From assembly GCA_964291655.2 (NCBI GenBank), contig OZ219802.1, positions 2,016,001-2,080,000 on the forward strand: 64,000 nucleotides of DNA, read 5' to 3'. Under the pieces are notes generated by a model. That model was not told where the DNA came from. It worked only from the letters and a program-made list of their open reading frames with translations, and searched no databases. A program made the translations under genes and the position numbers. This DNA is from Chloroflexota bacterium. GTDB lineage: Bacteria; Chloroflexota; UBA11872; VXOZ01. How positions within the stretch are numbered: position 1 is the stretch's first letter; every line of letters begins with the position of its first letter. Below are positions 20,020 through 29,082 of this stretch, piece by piece.

Positions 20020-20310
20020 ATGGTCATTCGCTCCATCCGTCACAGGGGATTGCGTCGGCTAATCGAGGACGACAACCCTCGCTTCTTGGAAACTCAATTG
20101 GCCGGTCGAATTAGGAGGATCCTAACCGTGCTGCTCCTGGCCGAAGACATGAACGGCTTCTTATCCGATGCGCCTTCCGGTTGGCGCGTTCATCGGCTCT
20201 CGGGTGAACGGCAGGAGGAGTGGAGCGTTTCCGTATCGGGCAACTACCGTATGACATTCAAGGAACGGAATGGCCATATCGACCGCTTGAACCTGGAGGA
20301 CTATCACTGA
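20020..20310 (+). CDS. higB: HigB (RelE-family) toxin
   Basis: IRSIRHRGL, HRLSG, WSVSVSGNYRMTF, C-terminal EDYH; toxin-first order. Confidence 0.93.
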   Translation: MVIRSIRHRGLRRLIEDDNPRFLETQLAGRIRRILTVLLLAEDMNGFLSDAPSGWRVHRLSGERQEEWSVSVSGNYRMTFKERNGHIDRLNLEDYH

Positions 20311-20615
20311 TGACTGCCGACGGTATCAAGGTAAGAATGACCCCCTCGCATCCAGGGGAGTTCATCCGTGCGGAGATCATCGAGCTGTTGGGTCTGAACG
20401 TGGCCAAGACCGCCGGCATCCTGGGTGTCCGGCGCGCCACGCTCTCAGACTTGCTGAACGGCAACGCGGCGCTGTCACCCGAAATGGCGCTGCGGATCGA
20501 GAAGGCGTTTGGCGTAAACATGGACATGCTGCTGCGAATGCAGGCCTGGCATGATGCCGCGCAGATGCGCGCCCGGGCAGATGAGATTAGAGTTGAGCGC
20601 TATCAGCCCGCTTGA
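20310..20615 (+). CDS. higA: HigA antitoxin (HTH-XRE)
   Basis: TGATG overlap with the toxin; HPGEFI, LSPEMALRIEKAFG, MQAWHD. Confidence 0.94.
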   Translation: MTADGIKVRMTPSHPGEFIRAEIIELLGLNVAKTAGILGVRRATLSDLLNGNAALSPEMALRIEKAFGVNMDMLLRMQAWHDAAQMRARADEIRVERYQPA

Positions 20616-20732
20616 GCCGGCTGCTGACTCGACTGTCGCGCAAAGTGTTGTATGAGTCCTGACTGGGAAGAGGTCGGCTGGAATCGTCGCAAGCCGTAAC
20701 TCCCCAGTCATAGAAACAGGAGATGCCCCACC

Positions 20733-21890
20733 ATGGCCTATTACGACGATTGGCCCGTTCTCGGCATAGAGGACGTGAATCCGCGGCAGCAGCGTTTGTA
20801 CGAGCAGTACGAGGACTACCTGGTCCACTACATCAAGCAACTCTACGACGCACGGGAACGCTACTGGAACCGGGACTTCTCCGACCTGGATGCCTACGTG
20901 CATTCGGTGGAGCCCAACCGGCAGCATTTCTTGGATAGCCTGGGCGGTTGGCCGTGGGAGCGGCACGACATGCACCTGCGCATCGAGCCGCTGGCAACCA
21001 CCGCGGACTTTCGCGTGGAGCGCGTGTACTATCGCGTGTTCGAAGGCGTGGAAAGCGATGCGCTCCTCCTGACCCCGCTTGGCAAAGGGCCGTTTCCCGG
21101 TGTGGTCTTGCAGATCGGTATCTACGGCGTACCGGAAGTCGCCTGCGGCTTCACCGCTGACGAGCATGCCGGCAAGGACAGCACCTACCACCGCATTGGC
21201 GGGCGGCTGGCGCGGCACGGCTATACCGTGCTCGCCACGCGCATGGTGACGGGATTCGAGCCGGACACGCTGGCTGGACGGTTTGCCCCGAAGCTGCAGG
21301 AGCTCAAGAGTGCGCAACCCCACGCCCGCATGTACCTCAACCGCCTCTGCCGCACTATCGGCATGGACCTTTTTGGCGTCGAGATGTTTGCGCTCTCGCG
21401 CGGCGTGGACCTGCTGGAGAGCCTGCCGCAAGTGAATAGCGACCGCATCGGCTTCTACGGCAAGTCGCAGGGCGGGCAGTCGGGGCTTTGGCTCGGCGCA
21501 TTGGATACCCGCCTGCAGGCCGTGGTCAGCACCGCATGGTTCAACGAGCGCTACCAGAAGCAGGTGATCCCGTCCGAGCACTACCGCCCGTTCGCTCTCA
21601 CCGCGGAGGAAGACAAGATCTACCCCCACCTGCACGAGTTTGCCGACAGCGACATCGCCTCGCTGATCTGTCCGCGCGCGTTCATGGTGGAGGAAGGCAA
21701 GCACGACGGCGCGGTGTACTGGAAGTTGGCCGAGCAGGCCATTGCCGAGGTCAAGGCCATCTATGAACGGCTCGGCATCGGCGAGAGGTGCGAAATCCAC
21801 GTCCATGAGGGCGGCCATGAAGTCGAGCCGGAAGATGATACCGCACGGATGCACTCGGTGCAGTTCTTAGACCGCTGGTTGAAGAGCTAA
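20733..21890 (+). CDS. Alpha/beta hydrolase (dienelactone hydrolase/esterase-like)
   Basis: RIGFYGKSQGG nucleophile elbow, IASLICPR, GGHE; paralog of 49886-50947. Confidence 0.88.
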   Translation: MAYYDDWPVLGIEDVNPRQQRLYEQYEDYLVHYIKQLYDARERYWNRDFSDLDAYVHSVEPNRQHFLDSLGGWPWERHDMHLRIEPLATTADFRVERVYYRVFEGVESDALLLTPLGKGPFPGVVLQIGIYGVPEVACGFTADEHAGKDSTYHRIGGRLARHGYTVLATRMVTGFEPDTLAGRFAPKLQELKSAQPHARMYLNRLCRTIGMDLFGVEMFALSRGVDLLESLPQVNSDRIGFYGKSQGGQSGLWLGALDTRLQAVVSTAWFNERYQKQVIPSEHYRPFALTAEEDKIYPHLHEFADSDIASLICPRAFMVEEGKHDGAVYWKLAEQAIAEVKAIYERLGIGERCEIHVHEGGHEVEPEDDTARMHSVQFLDRWLKS

Positions 21891-22022
21891 GCGGGCACGC
21901 TCTTGTTCAGCACAGATATAGCCAAATGGGCGAGCTGCAAGGGGCGGACAGCGTATTATTCCGAGAATGGGGCAATAGAGCACTCATCGCACGCAGAGCA
22001 GTCTGCCTAGTTTCGTCATTCC

Positions 22023-22276
22023 TGTAAGAGTTGAGTAATTCGTTGACAGTTTTGATAGGAATTGTCAGTGGTTTCACCGTCATGTACGACCACATCGCAT
22101 GTCATTCCGAGCGGAGTGCAGCGAAGAGTCGCTCGGAGCGCGGAATCTAAGATGTTGAGCCTATTGGGCGACACGTTGCATGGGCCCTAGATTCCTCGCT
22201 CCGCTCGGAATGACATGATCTGTCAACACTGCCAATTTGGGAGAGAATTCTGTCAACGAATTACTCAACACTTACA
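22023..22276. mobile_element. Family C MITE, cleanest copy (254 bp)
   Basis: 27-bp TIR TGTAAG(A/T)GTTGAGTAATTCGTTGACAG with 1 mismatch; perfect TSD ATTCC (22018-22022, 22277-22281). Confidence 0.9.
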
Positions 22277-22529
22277 ATTCCGAGCGCAGCGTCGAACAGG
22301 GTTCGTTGACTTTGTCAAAGACGCGGAATCTAAAGATGCTGATATTGCGGGGATGTACTTTAGATTCCGCGCTCTCAGCGACACTTCGCTGCGCTCCGTT
22401 CGGAATGGCATGTGAAGTCGATTTATAGAATACATATCCCTGTCAGCCCACGGGGAGAGGCGACTTTCCCGTGCCGGCGAGGGTTAGGCAAAGGTTTCCA
22501 GAGGGGGAATGAATGACGCAGTTGTATTC

Positions 22530-23273
22530 TTAGGAAGCGGGCCGGATGAGCTTGCGCTGGCCGACGTCGGCCGAGGACGTGGCTTCCTGGTACGAGACGA
22601 TGAAGGCCTGGCGCACGTGGTCGGTGCTGTTGCCTTTGGAGTGGTGCCACAGCAGGCCGTGGAAGAGCAACATGGAGCCGGCCGGCAGCGGGACGGGAAT
22701 GGCGTGCTCGTTGGCGTATTCTTCGGGCGTGAGCTTGCGCACGCAGGCCCCATAGTCCATGACTTCGTAGTCCTGCAGTCCCCAGCGGTGACTGCCCGGC
22801 ACCACCCACATGCAGCCGTTGGCCTCGTTGGCGTCCTGGAGCGGCACCCAGATAGACATCCGCGTTTGGCTGAACGACTTGGGATCGTCGGGCCGCGTGT
22901 AGAAGGCCTCGTCCTGGTGCCAGTGGCAGACGATGTCGGAGTGGGGCACCTTGGAGACGAGTTTTGCGGAGTGAATGGCAATGCCGGGGTGCACAATATC
23001 CTCGATCAGGGACAGGATCCGTTCGTCGCGGGCGAAGTTGCTGATGAGCTCGGAACGCAGCCCCAACTGAAAAATCCAACCCGGCCGGTTTGCCATGGTG
23101 TCGCCATGCTCCGGCATGAGACGCTCGATCTCGTCGTTGAGGGTCGTGATGTCCTGGGACGGAAAGACATTATCTAAAATGACGAATCCCTGCTCGTCGT
23201 AGGTCTGAAGTTCCTGCGCACTCAAGGTGCGCAGAGGCTGGGTGCTCTCGTCTAGCGTCACTACCTTCGCCAT
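22530..23273 (-). CDS. PhyH family Fe(II)/2OG dioxygenase
   Basis: WHQDEAF, WVPLQDA, NGCMWVVPGSH, HHS..N..R motifs. Confidence 0.93.
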   Translation of the reverse strand: MAKVVTLDESTQPLRTLSAQELQTYDEQGFVILDNVFPSQDITTLNDEIERLMPEHGDTMANRPGWIFQLGLRSELISNFARDERILSLIEDIVHPGIAIHSAKLVSKVPHSDIVCHWHQDEAFYTRPDDPKSFSQTRMSIWVPLQDANEANGCMWVVPGSHRWGLQDYEVMDYGACVRKLTPEEYANEHAIPVPLPAGSMLLFHGLLWHHSKGNSTDHVRQAFIVSYQEATSSADVGQRKLIRPAS

Positions 23274-23713
23274 GCCGCACTTCCTTCATGAACCGACACG
23301 TCACACTGCACTGGGTAAGTCCTACCGCTTATTCCGCCGCTTGCCACCCAGGCCTTTCAGCATGAATTGGACAAACTCAATGGCCCGAAGGCCTGAAATC
23401 GCCCTCCCCGTAGCGTTCACGTACCACGGGAACAACCTCTCTGTCATTCACACTGGGTATTATACACAGAATTCCCGAATTCTTGGAATGTGACGTTGCG
23501 CCAATGATGACAAGAAGAATGACTACTAATGCCTACCTACCTTGCGGATGAGCGGGGAGCTTGCCTAGCACGTTTCCCGCTCTCTTGCGTGCACGACCGA
23601 GCTTGCTCCACTGGCAGCAGAGCTGTTTGCGCTAAATGACCCCTGTTACCGAGTGCGGAGCATGCGCGGATCTCCAGATCGAGGCATGGGCAGAGTCCGC
23701 ACGCGAGAATTCT

Positions 23714-23929
23714 CCCTCTCCCGGGAGACGTATGCGCAACCAAGGCCGCCGGGCAAGAGTTCCCCTCTCTCCGGGAAACCCTTGCACAACCAGGCCTGCT
23801 CGCAAAGAGACCCCCTCTCCCTGGGGAGACCTTTGCATAACTAATCTGAATGCGAGAATATCACCCTCTCCCCGTGGAGACATTTGCGAAACTTCGGCTA
23901 GCGGCGCAAGAATTGCTCCCTCTCCTTGG
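23714..23929. repeat. ~50-bp-period array of stacked family A MITE ends and palindrome half-sites
   Basis: CCCTCTCCC-N-GGAGAC.TTTGC..AAC-like units at 23714, 23763, 23813 and 23864; fifth half-site at 23918 holds the IS1182. Confidence 0.8.
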
Positions 23930-25487
23930 GAGGCTGTCTCAATATTTTGGTGCGGGGCACGGTGAATGGGGTGAGAAGGACAGACAGATGGCGGGTGGTA
24001 TGAACAAGACGGTGCCAGTGAGAGACTCGTCCCCGGGGCGACGCTGGACTACACCCAGACCGCCACAGGGCGTGGAGGCTCTTGAGATTGAACGCGGTGG
24101 CCAGCAGGTGCCATTCGGACGTCACGTGGCTGCGGCCTCTGAGCAGGAAGCGCCTGGCACTGTGCCACTCCTTGAGCAGGCCAAAGACCGGCTCGACGAT
24201 GGTACTCCGGCGGCGGTACACCTGCTTGGCAGGCGCGGTGGCCATCAACTGCCTGTGCCGTTGCAGTATTGGCTCGTAGGCGCTGATCTTTATGGAGCGG
24301 CCCCTCTGGGAGGAGGTGCAGACGCCGAAGGCCGGACAGGTTCTGCAGTCCCGGCCGTTGGCTTGGTACCGCTTGACCCGGTAGCCGTTGCTGTGGGTCA
24401 AGCGGTGCGTGTAGGTGAGCACCTTTTGCTGGGGACACAGGTAGGTGTCGGTCTCTGGACGGTAGGTGAAGTGGTCTTTATGGTAGGGGTTGCGGCGTCT
24501 GCGCTCGTGGGTCGTGGGCATCAATACCGTGTGGCCGCCGGCGTGGCACGTGGCGAGGTTGGCCCCCGAATGGTAGCCGGCGTCCGCAACGGTCACCACG
24601 TCCCGCGCGGCGTCGATGTTCTCCTGCGCCGCCTCGATCAGCGGCGCCAGGTGGGGATGGTCGTCGGCACTGGCGCTCACGTCCACGGCTGTGATCAACC
24701 TCCCCCCTGCGCCCTCGTCCGGGGACGCAAGAGGGGAGACCAGCGCCTGGGCGTTGTAGCCGGTGATGAAGCCACCCATGCCAGTCTTGAGCAGGGCCGC
24801 GTCCGCATCAGTCAGGTTCGTGTAGCGCGGCCCGTCCTCAGCCGCGACGCGGGCGAGCGCGTCGTCCACCCGCCGCCGCAGGGCCTGGGCATCGGCAAGT
24901 TCCTGCGGCAAAGTCGCTGGCGGCGCGTCGCCCCCCGTGGCGTTCTGCGCCTCCAGGTCCGCGATCGCTTGCTCGGTGCGGGACAACAGCCGCTGCAGCC
25001 CCTGCGCGTCGTGGGTATGCCGCGTCCCGGCGTTGGCCGCGATCCTGGTGCCGTCCACCGCCTGGATTGCCAACTCCACCAGGCCGGCTCGCACCGCCGT
25101 GCGCACCGTGCGCTTGAGCAGCGTCCGCATCCGGTCGCGGTGCGCCTTGTAGAAGCGCCACAGCGTGTTGTGGTCCGGCTGCTGCATCCCCACCAGCCAC
25201 AGGTACGGTACCTGATCCCGGCAGGCTGCCTCCAGCTTGCGGCTCGAGCGCACGCCGGTCATGAAGCCGTAGACCCATACGCCCAGCAGCGCGCGCGGAT
25301 GGTAGGCCCCGGCGCCACGCGGATCGCCTTGCAGGTCAATCTCCATCGCCTCCCAGGCCGCAGCATCGAGGCTGTCCACGAACGCTGCCGCAAACCTGAC
25401 AGGATGGTCGTCCGGGATCAGTTCGTCCAGCGTCGGCGGCAACAGCCAGGCCTGTTCACGACTAAACGGTCTCAACGGCATCGTCAC
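23898..25487 (-). CDS. IS1182-family transposase
   Basis: Same protein as copy 1 up to KILRQP; tail encoded by flanking DNA. Confidence 0.95.
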   Translation of the reverse strand: MTMPLRPFSREQAWLLPPTLDELIPDDHPVRFAAAFVDSLDAAAWEAMEIDLQGDPRGAGAYHPRALLGVWVYGFMTGVRSSRKLEAACRDQVPYLWLVGMQQPDHNTLWRFYKAHRDRMRTLLKRTVRTAVRAGLVELAIQAVDGTRIAANAGTRHTHDAQGLQRLLSRTEQAIADLEAQNATGGDAPPATLPQELADAQALRRRVDDALARVAAEDGPRYTNLTDADAALLKTGMGGFITGYNAQALVSPLASPDEGAGGRLITAVDVSASADDHPHLAPLIEAAQENIDAARDVVTVADAGYHSGANLATCHAGGHTVLMPTTHERRRRNPYHKDHFTYRPETDTYLCPQQKVLTYTHRLTHSNGYRVKRYQANGRDCRTCPAFGVCTSSQRGRSIKISAYEPILQRHRQLMATAPAKQVYRRRSTIVEPVFGLLKEWHSARRFLLRGRSHVTSEWHLLATAFNLKSLHALWRSGCSPASPRGRVSHWHRLVHTTRHLSVLLTPFTVPRTKILRQPPKEREQFLRR

Positions 25488-25573
25488 TACCTCTCTACAA
25501 ACTATCCCACCACCTCACCTTGCTTCTCTTCACACCAGTATATATCCAGTAGATCTATTTTTGAGACACCCTC
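23930..25573 (-). mobile_element. IS1182-family element, copy 2 (1644 bp)
   Basis: Same TIRs; TSD TTGG (23926-23929, 25574-25577) within CCCTCTCC-N4-GGAGAGGG. Confidence 0.95.
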
Positions 25574-25768
25574 TTGGGGAGAGGGCTGGGGTGAGGGGAA
25601 TTCTTCACAATACCAACCCATTTGCGCGCAGTCGACGGGTATCGCAAGAGTCTCTAATTGGGGAATGGGCCGCAACGCGTTCCGGATTGGCCGCACTCAA
25701 GTCACCCTTGTGCTTGGTGCTGAATGGGGAGTCATGCTCTGGCGCTACATTCGTATGCAATACGTGTC

Positions 25769-26752
25769 TTAGGTGAGCGTCCGCGTGCTCATCCAGTATC
25801 TGCGCCAGACTGTGTAGCCAAGCTTGCCGTAGAAGTCGACGATGTTCGTCCAATCGATGTGGCAATTGCCGACGCCGCGTGCGCGCAGCACGGCCGAGCC
25901 GACGGCCACCATGCCAATGCCGATGCCGCGCCCCCGTTCGCTCTGGGCTACACCCACGGCGCTGATGCCGCCGAGGGAATCGCCCAGCAGCGTCTGCCAC
26001 GTGATGTTTGCCGTGAGCCAGCGTGACGACGGCGTGTGCAGCATGAGCGTGCCGACGATGCCTTCTTCCTCGTCAATCGCGACGAGCATATTCTGGAAGT
26101 CACCGAGTTCCCCCATGTAGACGAAGCCGGCGGCCCAACCGGGAAAGTGCTCCCATTCAAATGCAAGGACATCGTCGACTTCATCCTGCCGGGCGGGACG
26201 TACGGTCACGCATTCTTGCGCTAGCCGCGCGTCCATGGCAGGCGGCACTCTAAAGTCACTGAGGTCGCGCACAAGATCGCACGAGCCTTTATCCGGATCC
26301 AGCGGCCAGCCGCAAGCGGCGAAGAATTCATAGGCGCCGGGCAAGTCGGTGGGGATGCCCGGCCAAAACCGGTACGCGCCGCCACCGCCGAGCCGTATCT
26401 CCTGCACGCCTTCACGGCGCAGTTGCGCTAGCGCTGCCTCGTGCAGCCGCCTACCGATGCCCTGTCGCTGCCAGTCCGGATGCACGAGCACGACGGAAAT
26501 GCCCCCGCCGCGCTTACTCTCAGGCACGCCCTCCCAGCGGTCAACCTGCGTGCCCACGAAACCGACGATTCGCCCGTCCGCGACCGCCACCAGGTGATCG
26601 TCCCCGCGATAGAAGCGATGCTCGGTCAATTGCCGCCGCAAGAGGTCGTTGCGCATGGGCCAGGTGTCACCGAGCGCCGCTTGCCAAAGGGGCAGCAGGG
26701 CCGTCGTGTCGAGATTGGGGTTGTACGGACGTATCAGGACTCTTGCCAACAC
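25769..26752 (-). CDS. Tandem-domain GNAT acetyltransferase
   Basis: Two acetyl-CoA motifs, VHPDWQRQGIG and VAQSERGRGIG; FYGKLGY. Confidence 0.92.
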   Translation of the reverse strand: MLARVLIRPYNPNLDTTALLPLWQAALGDTWPMRNDLLRRQLTEHRFYRGDDHLVAVADGRIVGFVGTQVDRWEGVPESKRGGGISVVLVHPDWQRQGIGRRLHEAALAQLRREGVQEIRLGGGGAYRFWPGIPTDLPGAYEFFAACGWPLDPDKGSCDLVRDLSDFRVPPAMDARLAQECVTVRPARQDEVDDVLAFEWEHFPGWAAGFVYMGELGDFQNMLVAIDEEEGIVGTLMLHTPSSRWLTANITWQTLLGDSLGGISAVGVAQSERGRGIGIGMVAVGSAVLRARGVGNCHIDWTNIVDFYGKLGYTVWRRYWMSTRTLT

Positions 26753-26836
26753 TGTCTGCTCCTACGTGTCGAGATAGCTACGCGAAAGCTCTCCATTTCG
26801 AGGCCATTGCGATGCCCTCGCCGAGGCCAGAGTAAA

Positions 26837-27039
26837 CCCTCTCCCTCGACGGGAGAGGGCTAGAGCCTGCCCCGTACTCGATTCATAGTATCGACACGAT
26901 ACGGGGACGAGGGGTGAATCCTCCGAGATCCGGTACTCACACTATAGGTTGTGCACCGCTACGTGCAGGTCTTGCACGAGGTGGCAACGTGGTAAGCAAG
27001 AACTCCCCTCACCCCAACCCTCTCCCCAAGGAGAGGGGG
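26837..27039. repeat. Palindrome doublet (REPIN-like) with a 42-nt micro-insertion
   Basis: Two CCCTCTCC..GGAGAGGG hairpins with inward-facing GGGTGAGGG/CCCTCACCC tails; same layout at 9412-9590, 14041-14227 and 49636-49786. Confidence 0.75.
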
Positions 27040-27096
27040 CAATTCTCGCTTCCCTGTCCAATCTGTCCAAGGTCTCACTTCTCGAATTGCACCGGC

Positions 27097-27870
27097 TTAG
27101 TTCAGCCGCATTGGAATGCCCTTCGCGGCTAGATACTCCTTCACTTCCCGCACGGTAAAGTGCTCGTAGTGGAAGATAGATGCGGCCAGCACGGCGTGGG
27201 CGTGGCCTTTGTCGAGGGCCTCGAAGAGGTGTTCCAGGCTGCCGCCGCCGCCGCTGGCGATCACCGGCACATCCACGGCGGCGCACACGGCGGCGAGGAG
27301 TTCCAGGTCGTAGCCGGCCAGGGTGCCGTCGGCGTCGATGCTGTTGACTACGATCTCGCCCGCGCCGCGCTCCACACCCTCGATTGCCCAGGGCACCGCC
27401 TCGCCATCGGTCTGGCGGCGGCCGCCGTGGGTAAACACGTGCCATTTGATGCTGCCGTCGGCCTGGGGCACGCGCTTCACGTCCATGGAGAGCACGGTGC
27501 ACTGGCTGCCGAAGCCCTCGGCGCCGTCGTTGATGAGGTCGGGGTTGTCCACCGCTGCCGTATTGATGGAGACCTTGTCCGCACCGGCCCGCAACATGCG
27601 GCGCATGTCCTGCGCCGTGCGAATGCCGCCGCCGACTGTGAGCGGAATGAAGAGCTGATCGGCGGTGCGCTCCACGAGGTCTTGAAAGATGCCGCGCTCT
27701 TCCGCCGACGCGGTGATGTCGTAGTAGACGAGCTCGTCGGCGCTTTGCTCGTTGTAGCGCACGGCCAGCTCGATGGGATCACCGGCGTCCTTATCGGCCG
27801 AAAACTGCTGCCCCCGCACCACGCGGCCGCGATGCACGTCGAGACAGGGAATGATGCGTGTTGTAAGCAT
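27097..27870 (-). CDS. hisF: Imidazole glycerol phosphate synthase cyclase subunit
   Basis: MLTTRIIPCLDV, DAGDP, IPLTVGGGI, GADKVSIN, DADGT..GYD, IASGG. Confidence 0.97.
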   Translation of the reverse strand: MLTTRIIPCLDVHRGRVVRGQQFSADKDAGDPIELAVRYNEQSADELVYYDITASAEERGIFQDLVERTADQLFIPLTVGGGIRTAQDMRRMLRAGADKVSINTAAVDNPDLINDGAEGFGSQCTVLSMDVKRVPQADGSIKWHVFTHGGRRQTDGEAVPWAIEGVERGAGEIVVNSIDADGTLAGYDLELLAAVCAAVDVPVIASGGGGSLEHLFEALDKGHAHAVLAASIFHYEHFTVREVKEYLAAKGIPMRLN

Positions 27871-28044
27871 AGTTTGTCTAGGAGTCTGTTGCGTAACGTA
27901 TGCGTGAAAAGCGTTGGGCTCGTTTTGCACCTTGCGCGGACACGCGCACGAGACACAACACTTCCAGCATTACCTTGTTGTGTGACGGACTTCGTCCCGT
28001 CACTCCAAGTGTTGTCAGTCTAAGGCAAGTACGGTCCGCGATAC

Positions 28045-28074
28045 AAAAACAGAGACCGCTCACAGAGCGGTCTC
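28045..28074 (-). terminator. Intrinsic terminator-like hairpin ~180 nt upstream of hisF
   Basis: GAGACCGCTC-TGT-GAGCGGTCTC followed by TGTTTTT on the minus strand. Confidence 0.6.
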
Positions 28075-28265
28075 GACCCTGCCGCCAAAGCGGACAGGGG
28101 CTGTAATTCCGATGATAGCAGTCAACGAGAACTCTGTCGAGTACATGGACCTGCATTAGAGCACTTCCTGGAGGACCGGAGACGAACCGGTGGGCAGCGG
28201 CAATGGAGTAAAGTATGCTGAGAGAACTACAATCTCTCAACCTAAGGTATGAGGTAAGCGTCTCA

Positions 28266-28877
28266 ATGGATAAACCGGCTGTTTCCGACCATCCCGTCCA
28301 CGAATTAATCCGACGTCGCTGGAGTCCCCGGGCGTTTGCAGCGCGCTCGGTGGAACCAGAGAAGCTTGCCAGCCTCTTCGAGGCGGCGCGTTGGGCGCCA
28401 TCGTCGTTCAATGGTCAGCCCTGGCACTACATCGTTGCCACCAGGGACGATCAGGCGGGGTTCGCGCGGCTCCTGAACTGCCTGCGCCCGCAGAACATCC
28501 AGTGGGCGCAGCACGCGCCGGTACTGATCATTGCGGTTGCAGAGCTATCCCTAGGGGATGACCGCGGCCCCAACCGCCATGCTTTCCACGACGTGGGCCT
28601 AGCAAACGAAAACCTCGTTCTCCAGGCCGTCGCCCTGGGCCTCGTCTCGCATCAGATGGCCGGTTTCTTTCCCGATAAGGCACGCGAGACGTTCAACATA
28701 CCGGAAGGGTACGAGGCGCTCACGGCGATCGCAGTGGGCTACCCGGGCGACCCTGAGGACTTGCCGCCGGAGGTCAAAGCGCGCGAACTTCAGCCCCGCG
28801 AGCGCAGGCCCCTTAGCGCGTTCGTGTTTGCCGACGCATGGGGCCAGGATTGGGCGGCGCCGACGGATGAGGAATGA
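28266..28877 (+). CDS. Nitroreductase family protein
   Basis: RRWSPRAF, EAARWAPSSFNGQPW, HQMAGF. Confidence 0.94.
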   Translation: MDKPAVSDHPVHELIRRRWSPRAFAARSVEPEKLASLFEAARWAPSSFNGQPWHYIVATRDDQAGFARLLNCLRPQNIQWAQHAPVLIIAVAELSLGDDRGPNRHAFHDVGLANENLVLQAVALGLVSHQMAGFFPDKARETFNIPEGYEALTAIAVGYPGDPEDLPPEVKARELQPRERRPLSAFVFADAWGQDWAAPTDEE

Positions 28878-29082
28878 GTCCTGGATCGGCCCTAGGCGTC
28901 TGCGGATCCGTCTCTCGTAGAACCAGTGCCGGGATGTCTTGACGGTTTGCTGCAGTGGGGGCGCCTATCGCGCCAAAGAGCGGGGGACAAGCCCCCGCGC
29001 TACGTTCTACCTCTCGACCCGAACAGAGAACTCTGGATGGCATATCGAGAGGCCCAAGATGTGGCATGGAAGCTCTCTCGAT

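Noticed and set aside
19989-20615. HigBA as a novel system
   Set aside because: Canonical toxin-first HigBA with the expected operator palindrome.
23714-23929. CRISPR array
   Set aside because: Repeats are too degenerate, equal MITE end plus palindrome half-site, occur singly elsewhere, and no cas genes are in the window.
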